From assembly GCF_009914755.1 (NCBI RefSeq), contig NC_060926.1: 64,000 nucleotides of DNA. One strand, written 5' to 3'. The stretch is from the human T2T-CHM13v2.0 reference genome, Homo sapiens. Positions 39,301-52,854 of this stretch are shown in pieces. Each line of letters begins with the position of its first letter. Within the stretch, counting starts at the first letter, position 1. The notes beneath the pieces are model-generated. The model saw nothing but the letters and a program-made list of their open reading frames with translations. It ran no database searches and was not told where the DNA came from. The translations under genes and the position numbers were made by a program.

Positions 39301-41734
39301 GCGCGTGTGTCAGTGAGAAAGCATGTGTGTTCTGAAACCGACAGCACCGGATGGAAGCTGATTAAAAAGTGTAGGGGAGCAGCTCCCCCAGGAGAAGTCT
39401 TTTTCACCTTACCAAGCTGGGCGGGAGTGGGGACTCTCAGACCCCTGGGAACAGTGGAGAAAGGAGAGTGGGAGAAGGAACTTTCCCAAAGACAAGACAG
39501 TGGGTGCAGCAGGTAGAAGGGCAGTGGGTGGAGAGGATAGAACATAAAGAAACGCCTCCAAAAGAAAGGACCAAGAGATACGGAGATATTTCTGGGAAGC
39601 CTAGGGAGCCCCATGGCCTATTTCCTTTTCCTTCTGCTCTTTCACTGTAGCTATAAATATTTATCTTATGAAGAAGCATCCTCCCTCCCCACCCCAGAGG
39701 GATTTATTTAAAGCCCACACCATCACGATCATGCAAATATTTGCTGAGTGCTATTGTATAGGGTCCTCTGTGAGGACACAGAAGATCGTTTACCTTCTCA
39801 CCTTCCAATGCCTTGTAAAACACTTATGGTGTGCCAAGCACCATGCTGCCCCTTATTTTGTTAGCTTTCTCCTTTTAGCCACCCCCTCAGGTACACAGAG
39901 CTGGTAGCATGAGGCCCATTCTACAGAGAGCTGGAGCTCCGGGAAAGGGCTAGCGGATGGCACAGTCATGGCTGACACTATTTCCACCAGACACCCTGCT
40001 CCCTGGGGGTTTACACACAGGAGGTCTAGCTGCTTAGACATTAGGTTATCACCTATTAAGCAAACGGAGAAGCAAAACTTCAGAATTTCTGGAAGGGTCT
40101 GACCCATCTGGTCACCAGACCCTGCCCACAGTGCTGACTATCCCTGCTATTCTTCTGGTCTTGAATTGTCAATGAACGCTTTTATGTGCAATTGTACACC
40201 TCCCCAGCCCACCACCACCACATCGGATTGCAACTCCTCCTGGCCAGGAGCTGAGTCTGGGGAGCTTTTGTGTTTCCTGACAAGGCTAAGAGGAAAGGCT
40301 TGCAGAGAACAAATTCAAATTTTCTGGTTGATTGCAAGCACACTTTCAGTCTCTTAAAACGAGAAACCCTACCCCAGCCACCTTTATTTCCAAATCCTCA
40401 CGTTGAGGCTGGTGTCTGCCGTGGTGGTTCTCCCAGGATGGTAGCTGTGTCTGCATTCCTTTGGGTTGTTTTTTGGGCGTATGTGCATATGTGTGTGCAC
40501 ACATGTGTGTGTCTCAGACTGTATTGTTACATGCCCTTCTTCGAGGGTTTTTCTCTACGAGGCTCCCTGCTGACAAGCAGGACATGCACAATGGCAAAAG
40601 TGCTTTTTCTCTTAGACCAATGAGAATTCATAATCCACTTCCTACAGAAGCCCAGAAAGGGAACCAAACAAGCAGCCCTCTTCTCCCCCAGCATCCTGAG
40701 TCATGTCACAAATATTCTACACTCTTTTCTTCTAATTTATGTTGCTACAACTTCAAGGTCATTGGGAAGCTAGGAAAGAATTGGCCCTGCCTGGGGGAGG
40801 CTTTTGCACCCAGCACACAGCATTCTAACTGCCCCTGCTTCACTGCCAAGAAGGGAAGGTGTGGTTCACTTTGTCCTTATTTGACCAGAGGCTAGGCATG
40901 GAATGCTGCCTCAGTGCCTGGACTGTAAACTCCTGAGGCGGTCATAAATAGGCACTCGGCCTGGTATGGCTTCTTGGCTAAACATTTGCACAGTAACACA
41001 AATGAGGCAGCAGACATGAGTCAGGAGGGAGAAATCAGCTCAAGAAGGGGTGGGGGCTGGAGCTTAGGCTTCTCAAGCCTTTGAGATGATGCTTTAGCCA
41101 GAGATACTCAGCTGAGCCTCCAGGGACAGACTGCGGGCCCTCCCCCATGCACTGCACCACCTGCCAGATACATTTGCAAAGCAGCTTGTAAGACCAGCTA
41201 AGTAAAGAGCTACTTGTCCATACTCCATGCATGAGGCCAACAAGGACCTTGTGTGTTTCTGAAAGGGGCAATAAAAAGACATTAATTATTTTATCCAGAT
41301 TGAACATTCACAGTTTCATCCAAGGTTATATACAAGCTGAGAACTTAAAGCTCAGGGATGATACTGACCCTGCAAGGTTAAGTCTGGTAGAAATATGAAA
41401 AGATAATAGTTATATCATTCCAGTGATCATTGTTAAGTGCTCAGTGATCAGTGGATCACCAGATTTATCCTTGCTTCCCAGAGACAGGGTGCCAGTGGCT
41501 GGTGGCCAGAAGTTTTTAAGCCCACACAGCATGTTTCCTATTCTCTGCTGGGGACAATGAAAGGGAGAGCCTCTCCCAGCTGCTACATGCCACCCTCTAA
41601 AGATCAGAAATAAAGTATGTGCTGAAGAAATGAATGGATTATTTCCTTTATTCATTCACAATAAAACACAGTGCTGCCCCGATATTGTGTTTCTCCATAG
41701 TAAGTCTGCCTCCCTCTGCTCCTGTTTAACAATT

Positions 41735-42121
41735 ACGGTTTGCTAGGACTGCAAAGACCACAGATTGGGTGGCTTAAACAACAGAAATTTATTATCTCAC
41801 AGTTCTGGAGGCTAGAAGCCCAAGATGAAGATGTCAGCAGGGGTGGTTGCTTCTAAGGGTGTCTCTCTTTGGCTTGCAGATGATCACCTTCCTGTGACAT
41901 CTTCACAGGTCTTCCATCTTCACAGGTCTTCCCTCTGTGTCTGTCTACATCCTAACTTCTTCTTACAAGGACACCAGATATCATGGACACCATGGATTAG
42001 GGCCCACCCATATGAGATCATTTCATTTTCCCTCTTTAAAGACCCTATTTCTAAATGCAACCACATCTTGAGGTGCAGGGAGTTAGGACTTTAACACATA
42101 ACACAATTCATTCCATAACAA
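41735..42121 (-). mobile_element. MLT1B-like solo LTR with an internal 17-bp tandem duplication
   Basis: gggtggcttaaacaacagaaatttattatctcacagttctggaggctagaag...ccataaca. catcttcacaggtcttc occurs twice at about 41899-41932. Confidence 0.85.
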
Positions 42122-42638
42122 CAATTATAATTTTTTGGTGTCACAGGGCCAAATAGCTTAGTCCCCTCCTCTCTGTGTCTGCATAAACATTTTGGCAAAC
42201 GCAAATACTGCCCCTGACACAGACAGACACAGGATCTGCCCTTACCATGTCTGCCCACACCCTCTCTCCAAAAAAGGCTCTATCAAATAATTCCATGGCG
42301 TTTCAGGTTGTAACAACAGAAAAAAAGGTCTTTTTCTTTACGTATGAATTTTCTAGTCAGTCTTTCTACTGCTGAAGGAAAGGGGCAGTGACAATGCCTT
42401 GCCCTTTGTTCATTTATTCCTACCACCTGATTCACTTGTTTTGGTATGAAGGCAGCTTCTGTCTGGCTGTCTCATTATCAACATCACATGTGAGCAGTTT
42501 ATTTTGGTAATAGAATGAGGTTTCATTTATTTTGAACATAAACTGAGATTCAGCATTTCACCAGCCCAAGTTGTAGGAAAAACTCCAAGTGGCAGGGTTA
42601 TACCTGGTTCTCTTCATCCTGCATCTTTCCTCCACCAG

Positions 42639-42766
42639 GTAACCCCAGATCCCATGAGGTGGCAGTGTCACCATTGCCCCAGCCCAGAGTCATTTCAAGG
42701 AGGAGCAGGTCACTTCCTGATTCCCAAAGCATCTGCCTGTACCATTGAAAACTTATTCCTGCTCAG
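42639..42766 (+). ncRNA. Candidate exon of a second + strand lncRNA (possibly LINC01802)
   Basis: Acceptor catctttcctccaccag|G and perfect donor CAG|GTAAGT. I recall a LINC overlapping MIR1302-4, but this is unverified. Confidence 0.4.
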
Positions 42767-44229
42767 GTAAGTCCTAACTATCCGTCCAGCCCCACACAGC
42801 CCTTTTCAAGAGCAGGAATGCTGAGCTCATGGGATGAATTTTGGTCCCATAACTACAGAATAGTTAAATGGGTAAGCATCAAGAAAGAACACACCTGTGA
42901 TATTTTTGATGCTTTAAAAACTCTCATTTAAAATGTCCTGTCCCTCAACCCATGTTGAGTGTGTGTGTTTTGTTTTTTGAAATACTCCTCTGAGCTCAGC
43001 ACACTAGAGACATGACAAATTTGGTGTTTTGAACCATATGCCCGTTTGAATTGTAGAGATGCACATTGGTTAGGTTTTTAGAGCACCTTCTGGTAAATTA
43101 AGTCAGAGGTAGATATCAATGCTGGTATATACTCAAGCAGACAAGGAAAATTAATTGCAAGAATGGGGCGGGAAAATATCTTCCATTTATCTTCTTCCTA
43201 TTTCAAAATTCAAACCTACATTTCTAGAGATTTAAAGATATGACGATAAGGAAGTTTTAATTGGCCAAGATTTGAAGCTAAAGAGGCTAACCTCAAGGAA
43301 TTAGTATTATTTGTTTATCTACTACTTATGGGGTATAGAGCTGTATACTGAGTCATAGTTAGACATGTAAATCTCTATCGTCCAGGATCACATCATCAGA
43401 GTAAAGAGACCAAAGATGCTTGAAACTGTAACAATGGAAAGCAGGAAAACCTGATCAGTTCCAACTGGGCAGGATGGACATTCCGTTTGGGGTTCAGAGT
43501 GGGAATGATCACTGCAGTGAAGGGGTCTCAGAGGAGGTGACATTTGAATTTGGATTAGGGGCTTGGAGTGGGAGAATGATATGCCAAAACTGTTGTCAGG
43601 GGTGAGTTCCCTAGCACAGGGCACAGGATGTGCGGGGGCAGGTGGGGAGCAAGCTTGGGAGGCAAGCTTATAGACCCTTGCCACGGCCCAGGCACAAGGC
43701 AATTCACACGGGAGCTGAGGTATGGCAGTGGTGAGTAGAGGCAGAGATGGGTGGGTAGAGGAAGAGACAGCATCTGTGAAGAAGAATAAGCAGAGCTTTG
43801 AGTCTACCGACTGTGAGGAACAGAGGACAGGGACCAGGGTCCTGACCACCGACCAGCTTTCAAAGGAAGACGGCTGCCCACGGGGAAGGTCTGGCTCCTA
43901 GACCTTCTTCCTAGCTGGGCAGCTGTCTCAGCTCCCTCTACTTCTCACATGCTCTTAAAATAGCAGAACTGTCCAGCATGCTGGGCTTTCCAGTGGAGTC
44001 CAGGCCACCCCAAGAATATAGCCCTGCCCTCTGAACAGGTAGGAAGAATGTTCAGGGCACAGGTATGAATTATCCAGGGGCAGTTGTCAAACAAAAAGTC
44101 CCAGAGCTCCCTCTGGCTTCAACCCCAAAGCAAGATCTCCATTCCAACTGTACTCAATCAAGTGGACATAGTCCAGCTATGACTGGGATCATTTGGACTT
44201 CATATCACATATCTTTGTCCCCTTTTGGA

Positions 44230-44826
<597 letters not shown>

Positions 44827-44844
44827 GGCTCCTTGTTTAATTAT

Positions 44845-45030
44845 GTTATTGTAGAAAGGGCTCTAGGAAGGAAGACAGAACATGGTCACTCCAGGCCCTA
44901 CTCTGGCATGAACCGGGCCTGTGTCCTTTGTCAAAGCTCTGTATCTCTCTGGGCTTCAGTTTCTTCATCTTAATGTGATGAGTTGTTCAAGCCAGTTGTT
45001 AGTGATCCTTCTAGCATTGGCATTCTGACT
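44845..45030 (+). mobile_element. MIR fragment
   Basis: gtagaaagggctctagg...tctctctgggcttcagtttcttcatct...gatccttctagc...cattctga. Confidence 0.6.
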
Positions 45031-45296
45031 CACAACACCCCTGTATATTGAGACTCTAGTGAGTTTGGCCATGCACCTCATGATCTGCCTCAGTCTGACT
45101 CCACGCCGTGGCCTATGAATACCAGGTAGACTGCCACCACCAAAGACACTGAGGAATTAAATGTGGTACCAGATTTGAACACATGTAGACATGAATGGAC
45201 AGTAGCATGCACATAGGTTGGATAGTTAGAGTGTTTTCTTTTCTTTTTTTAGGGCAGAGAGGACATTGGCAAGCATGAGAAAGGCATGGGCTGGGG

Positions 45297-45332
45297 TCAA
45301 TATGTCTAAAATGTCACTTTTAGACATATTGA
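45297..45332. repeat. Perfect 15-bp inverted repeat with a 6-nt loop
   Basis: TCAATATGTCTAAAA-tgtcac-TTTTAGACATATTGA. Confidence 0.95.
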
Positions 45333-45677
45333 TCTGGGCTGATTAAAAGATAACCAAAAAAGAAGGATCCAACTCACTGTGGGAGATTTCACACTTAAAG
45401 GGAGGTTCTCAAACTTGAATTAGCATCATAATAGCCAGGTAATTTTGAGATGGGTAAGGATAAACAGAGAGCCAGAAATAGAGAGAAAAACCTACCTGGA
45501 GATGTTCAGCTGGAGGCAGTGACACAGCTGTGAGAGCTGAAACTGGGGACCAAATTATATCCCTGGGGATGTGGGGAGGAAGAAGATTGGAGCCTTAGGG
45601 ACTTGAATGTCAGAGACAACCACGTTTTGTAAGGAAGAGAAAAGGAAAAGGAAAGGCCATTAGAAGGTAAAGGAGGA

Positions 45678-45823
45678 GGTCAGGCATGGTGGCTCACGCC
45701 TGTAATCCCAGCTTTTAGGGAGGCAGAGGCGGGAGGATAGCTTAAGCCCAGGAGTTCAAGACCTGCCTGGACAATATAGTGAGACCCCCATTCTCTATGA
45801 AAAGGAAAAAAAAAAAAAAAGAC
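45678..45823 (+). pseudogene. BC200 (BCYRN1) RNA retropseudogene lacking the 3' unique domain
   Basis: Monomeric Alu with BC200-specific motifs cccagcttttagggagg, ggaggatagctt, gacctgcctgg, caatatag, ttctc-aaaaggaaaa...aaagac. Perfect 16-bp TSD AGAAGGTAAAGGAGGA at 45662-45677 and 45824-45839. Confidence 0.9.
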
Positions 45824-46119
45824 AGAAGGTAAAGGAGGAAAGAGAAGGGAAGTAAGTTTTGCAGTTACTGCTCACACATGGAAACCCATGAGTGTGAGTG
45901 TTAGGAAAGCCAGGGAGGAAAAGAACAGTGTAGAAGAGGCATCCTTGGGCTGATATCATGGAGCAATTTTCCCATTGTCCAAGGAATGGGCAGAAGAGAG
46001 GTAAGAAAGCCAAGCTCAGGTCAGGGCAGCAGCACCCAGTCTGTGGCACTCCCAGGATGGACGGGTCCTTCCTGGATGGGTCTTTCACATTATAGACTGT
46101 AGTAGTTACTTTTGATGCC

Positions 46120-46495
46120 CTGCATGGTGCCACTTCCCTCAAGTCAGATCCACACTGCCAACACCTATCCCAAGCTTGCTACTAAAGTTCTCTGTTTTGC
46201 CGCCTCAGGGCTTCTCTGAAGCTCTGGGAGCTTCACACAGGGAAAACGCAGACAGCCAGAGAAGTTAAGTCAATTTCCTCCTGTCTCCAACCACTGAGAG
46301 TCAATGGATCGACACTCCACCCCCACTCTGTATGCCTACGGCAGAGATCTCCATGCACCTGTGTGTTAGTTTTTCCTCCTCCCCTGCCTCAGTTTCCCAT
46401 GCCCTCACTTTTGCTTCCTAGGGTCACCTCCCAAATAAAACACCTGCATTCAGTTCTTGACTGAGGCTGTGTTTTCAGAAGAACCTAGACCAAGA
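46120..46495 (+). mobile_element. LTR33-like ERVL LTR
   Basis: 3' end cacctcccaaataaaacacctgcattcagttcttgactgaggctgtgttttcagaagaacctagaccaaga. Confidence 0.6.
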
Positions 46496-46913
46496 GAGAG
46501 ATGAGCTAGCCTCAGTGGTGGCAAACCAAGAAATGGTGGCAGAAGCATGAGTGCACATTCCCTTTAAAGCCCCAGAACACTAAGTAAATGGAAAAGATCT
46601 CTGCAATGACCAAAGACTGAGCTGTATCCAGTGGGGCAGACAGAGATGCTACTCTGGATAGGATCCAAAGGCCCTCAGCTGTAAATTTCCCTTGGCAGGG
46701 TGAACATGCAGTGCTAGTTCCAAGGACTCCGTGTTGAAAACACGAACAGGCATAAGCTCCATCCACATGATTGCAGAATCACACTCCTCCTTTAGAGGGT
46801 TACCTTCCCCAGTTCAGAGGCTGCAGTCTGAGAGCCTGGGGTAATATGAAACCCAAAAAGTTATTTTGTTTTACTGTTCAACACATCCCCACAATGTTTT
46901 AAAAGCCAAAGTA

Positions 46914-47269
<356 letters not shown>

Positions 47270-49734
47270 CTAAGCCTCTTCAACTATTCATGCTGTTGGC
47301 TGGCACCTGTAGCCATCTGAGTCAGCAACTCCGACTCCAGCATATTTAGGAGAAAGGACTTTCGTTTCAATCTACTCTTCCATTGGTTCCTGAAGCCATG
47401 TCCTCCACATTGCCTAGCTCCTAATTTCCTATCTCTGTTCGACCTTTAATTTCTCTGATGGTTTTGCTGCTGATCACGTCCTTGGACCTGCAACAACCAT
47501 TTAATATACTGTTGTTTCTACTCTTTGGGGAAGAGTGGTCCTGGGAGGGTTGAGCCAACTCTCCTCATTTTTCCATTCCAGCTTGGATTCTGACCCCTTG
47601 CATAGTTTCCTACTCCCTAGGGATGTTTCTAGGTAACTGACTCTACCCAAGCCTCGAGAAGATCATAAGGGAATTTCCAAAGCCAGAAAAGGAAAACAAA
47701 AGTCAAGGCCTGATATCTCTGTTCCCCAAGAACATCAGCACTACCATATCATGGAGAGCCCATGGCTGGTCCTCTCTCTTGTCTGTGGCCCGCCATGTTG
47801 CTCAGGCTCTATTCCTCCTCAAAGCCTTTTCTCTTCTACCATCTCTCTCTCCTCAGAGTGCTACTTTTCAGACTCCAGTGTTGGCTGACAATGGAGAGGT
47901 CCTTCTGTTCCCTTTTGAAAACTAACTATCAGCTATCTTTTCACATAGGATTCTCCTATGCTAGGCTGCGTTTTACATTTTCCCTAAGTATTTAAGAAAT
48001 TAGTTGCTTTACTACTTTAATCAAGCCATTTTAACCTTCATTCAGCCAACTTACTCCTTGTAGAGGAGACCTGGATCCTACCTTTACATATCCACTGACT
48101 TATCTACAGCTTCTTCTTAAAGAAAATAGAGTGAAGTGATATCATTTCACTTTACCCCTAACCTGGACCTGATGCGTTGCCGCTATTTCAATTACTCATC
48201 ACGATGACGAACACATCCTTTACCATCTGTAAAAGCTGTCAAGGCTTAAGATTCAAGGGGAATAAAGTAAACCCTGTGGCCCAACAAGGATGTTTTGCGT
48301 TCTCCCCTCAGTGCTCTCTCAAAGCTGGGGATTTGGTATCTGCCTTAAAGGCAGAATGGTCTGAGGCCAGACATCTGCACATATGTTTCCTTCCTGTTTT
48401 TGTTCCTTTAATCTAGCGCAATGATTTTCAAATTTCACTGTGAATGAAAATTAGAACACAGGGATATATGTTTTAAGGGTGATGTAAGGGCTTTTCAAGG
48501 GTAATTCTGAGTTTATATGATGTTCACGTTAGGTGTTGATTATAGAACCTAAAAATACCACTCCTAAGATGTGACTCTTCTGTTTGGAAAACTTCCTTCA
48601 GTGTGAATTCTGCCAACAAACTAGAATTTCTAAGTGGCCACGAAATTTCAAATAGCACTTTTTTCTCTTTGGAAAGAGAACTCAGCCCTCAGGCCTAGAG
48701 GGGATGCTGAAAGCCACCCCTGACCCCCAAGTCACCACTTAGCAGCTTCTCTGCAGTGCAGTGCAGGGAGAGCAATAGAGAACAGGAGCTCGGCATTCTC
48801 ACTGGTCAGCCGGTGACCTGGGGCTGCAAAACCCAATACCCATCCATTTCAGCTTCGCATTTCAAAGTGAAGATCTCCTTGGGCCCATCGTATGCTCCTG
48901 AATTTCCCAGCTTTTTTTCAAGCCCTATTTTATCTGTCGCTGCTTATACCTCTCCTCAGGTTCATGGTAAGTGGTCTGCTTCTGTCAATGACTTTTTCAT
49001 CTATGTCAGGGAAAGGCCCATTAGACAAATCCAATGGGACAAGTTCAGAGAGTTTGTCAGTTCCCGTCACTTTCAGGTCTGGCTGTGCAGTGGAGCACAG
49101 ACTCAAAACAGACTTGTCAAGATAGGCAGCTTCTTGTGGAAGAAGTTTATCTCAATGGAGAGAAACACACGATGGGTAAAAACAGCAAAACACCAGCACG
49201 TCAGCCTGGTGAGCTGAAAAGAGCTGCCGGTGAATAAATTAAATCAGACTCTCACTCCCCAAAGTGGGAGTGGGGAGACAATGGTATATATCCAAGAGCA
49301 TTTGGGGGTGCTCAGTGAGAGCCTGATATCAACGAGGAAGCTAAATTTCTTGTCAATAATTATTTTTTCTATTTTCAGCTTGTCAATAATCAATAATTAT
49401 TGATAAGAGAAGTGAAAGATAATACTTTATATTTTATTTCACTGAGACAGTAAAGAACCTCTACATCTTCCCATTGCCAAACTGAGCAAGCTCCCAACGT
49501 ACCCACAGCCTCACATAGTTACCCTCCCCTCTTACTACAGAAAGTAAACCCTCCCCACTGCAGTCCAAGGCAAGCCCTTCTCCCATCCAGTGGAACCTCT
49601 TCCTCCACTGCCTTGTCAAGCACTCACTCCTAGAGTTGTCCTCTGCCTTCTATGTTATTAATTTCCCTCCACTTGGCCATTCCCTTCAGCTTACAAGCAT
49701 GTTGTAACAAAAAAATAAAAAAATAAAAAAAAAC

Positions 49735-50047
49735 AGCCGGGTATAGTGACTCCTGCCTATAATCCCAGCACTTTGAGAGGCCAAAGCCGAAGGATCACTT
49801 GAGGCCAGGAATTTCAAACCAGCCTGGGCAACATAGCAAGACCCTGTCTCTACAAAATTTTAAAAAAATACAAAAATTAGCCAGGCGTGGTGGTGTGCAC
49901 CTATAGTCCCAAGTACTCAGGAGGCTGAGGTGGGAGGATTGCTTGAGGCTGGGAGGTCCAGGCTGTGTGAGCTGTGATGGCACCACCGCACTCCATCCTA
50001 GGCAACAGAGAGAGACACTGTCTCCGAAAAAATATAAATAAATAAAA
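49735..50047 (+). mobile_element. AluJ
   Basis: J diagnostics gggcaacatagcaagaccctg, gggaggattgcttgag, aggctgtgtgagctgtgatgg. Confidence 0.93.
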
Positions 50048-50064
50048 ATTTACAAACCAAAAAG

Positions 50065-50728
<664 letters not shown>

Positions 50729-50954
50729 TTAGGTGCTCAATAAATACTTGTTGAATGAGTGATTCAATTAATTGATTAATCATCATCAGGGGTTATAAAA
50801 ATGATGTGGCTCAGCTGGTACCTGTGTATCAGTAAGTAGTAAGAATCAATGTTTCTTTGAGACATATCTGTGTTACTTATTTAACCTAATATTTTGCAGT
50901 GGTCTAAAAAGCGATGCTGTCCATTCTCAGAAATGGAGCAGAAAGGCAAGAGAA

Positions 50955-51130
50955 AGGAAGCTGATATTTTGAATGTCCACTACCTGGCAAGTACTGGACC
51001 AGCCACTTGCATATACATTTTCTCAATTATTCCTCACAAAACCTGGATGAGATGGGTGCTAGCATCTCCATTTTGCTGATGAAGGAACGGAGGTAAAAAG
51101 AGAGATTAAATAGCTTGTCCAGGTTATCCC
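50955..51130 (-). mobile_element. MIR
   Basis: ttcctcacaaaacctggatgagatggg...ctccattttgctgatgaaggaacggagg...gattaaatagcttgtccaggtta. Confidence 0.7.
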
Positions 51131-51459
51131 TAAGGTGATTTCACGATGAATGAGGAAGCCATGCTGTTTTCTAGTTACTTTGGGCTAGATATTAAATGCT
51201 GTGAATTCACAAAATTTCAGAAGAACTGGGCTGATAAAGATTAGTGTAGGTCAGAATTTCCAAAGTAGAATACATATTTAATTTGGTATATTTATGGTGC
51301 TGTTTTTATTGTCAAAGAATGTCAAAAGTCACTAAAGTAAATAAAACAATGAAGTTCAATGTGACTTTATTGTTTGTTTTCTTTTTTAAGCATACTCACT
51401 ATCACGCGAGGCTTGTAACCTTTACCCAGAGGACACATGCTGTGGTATAGCTATCTGGC

Positions 51460-51648
51460 TAAAGGTGCCTGAGAAAATACAGGATGTCCAGTTGAATTTG
51501 AATTTCAGATGAAACACAAATAATATTTTAGCATAAGTATGTCCCAAATGTTGCATGGAGACATACTTATTCTAAGAAAAATTTGTTTATCTGAAATTCA
51601 AATTTTAGCTGTGCTTCTGCATTTTTATTTGCTAAATCTGGCAACCTA
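51460..51648. mobile_element. MER53 palindromic hAT MITE
   Basis: aaaatacaggatgtccagttgaatttgaatttcagat...ataagtatgtccc...gacatacttat...atctgaaattcaaattt...tttgctaaatctggcaaccta. Confidence 0.92.
51474..51623 (-). ncRNA. MIR1302-4: pre-miR-1302-4 hairpin. Mature miR-1302 lies at 51527-51547 (-).
   Basis: Minus strand contains TTGGGACATACTTATGCTAAA (miR-1302) in the 3' arm of a MER53 hairpin. The 150-nt span AATGCAGAAGCACAG...CATCCTGTATTTT matches the MIR1302-4 precursor as I recall it. Confidence 0.85.
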
Positions 51649-52466
51649 CACCTGGCCAAATGCCCCACCACCCTCCACATACTTATCCTATCACTCTGCC
51701 AGACAGATTTTGTCAAGGAGGTCAAGACAGAAAAGAAGGGAGAGAGGACAACTTTGAAAATACCTTGAAAAGAGAAAAGCCTAATGACACACTGTCTTGC
51801 TTTCTGTAAGGGATGGCCAGTTTACCTCCAGACTCCTTTGAGCCCCATCCCACCTCTCAGGCCTTCTCTTTTTTACACAGAAATTGAATAACCATGAACA
51901 AATTCCATATGTTCTCTAGCCTCGGTTTCTCCATCTGCAAAACAGCAGCAGTCTTAGGTGTCAGAAAAAAACAGGTGATGTGAGATGACTGACTTCCATA
52001 GATAGTGTTTGGTCAAGACTTCTCTGCAGCTTCTAAACAGAAACCTAAATGATTAGAAGAAAGCAGCTACGTGAGGGGAAAGAGAGAGAGACAGAGAGCA
52101 AGAGCAATCTTGCGCTTGTATCTGTGCAACTGTAGATAAGATCAAGAAGACAGAGCCGGACAATGTGTACAAAATGTTTAATAGGGACAGCAGATTCTAT
52201 ACTGACCTGCTTTTCAACAAAAATAAAAGAAACCAGATTTTGAGTAAAGTAAAAACTTGACAACTGGGGCAAAAGTAGGACTAATCTATAAATCACTCTT
52301 CCTGAAGTGGGTTTAAGTGGTGACTTGAAATGCATGCTAAGTGAGGAAGAAAATATAAAGATTGGGCATAAACACAGCACGGAGTTACGATCAAATTAAA
52401 GTTGCAATGAAATTAACCCCATCAATACTTGCTACTGTGTATAATGGGCATCTTAAAATAGGGCAG

Positions 52467-52854
52467 TGTTATGGAATGAATAGTGCCTACCAAAATTCAT
52501 ATGTGGAAGCCCTATGTGACTGTATTTGGAGATAAGGTATTTAGAAGGTAATTAAGGTTAAATGAGGTTGTAAAGGCGGAGTCTAATCCAACAGGATTAG
52601 TGGCCTTGTAAGACGATGAAGAAATCTCTCTCTCTCTTTCTCTCTCTCCCTCTTTCTCTCTCTCCCCCTCTCTTTTTCTCAGCCCACACACTGAGGAAAG
52701 GCCATATGAGCACACAGGAAGAAGACTGCCATCTGCAAATCAGGAAGACAATCATCATCAAGAACTTACCATGCTGGCACCCCGAACTTGGGCTTCTGTT
52801 GTTTAAGCCACCCAGTCTGATATTTTCTTATAGCAGCCCAAGCTGACTAAGACA
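52467..52854 (+). mobile_element. MLT1B-like solo LTR with 5-bp TSD GGCAG and an internal (CT)n
   Basis: tgttatggaatgaat...caaaattcatatg...tatagcagcccaagctgactaagaca. GGCAG at 52462-52466 and 52855-52859. Confidence 0.88.

Noticed and set aside
39090-39614. 174-aa ORF, and similar 140-155 aa ORFs at 9030, 40461, 43388 and 48756
   Set aside because: No recognisable domain, low-complexity composition, and lengths compatible with chance in GC-richer DNA.
45678-45823. The active BCYRN1 gene itself
   Set aside because: It lacks the 3' unique C-rich domain, has CpG decay and is flanked by a TSD, so it is a retrocopy.
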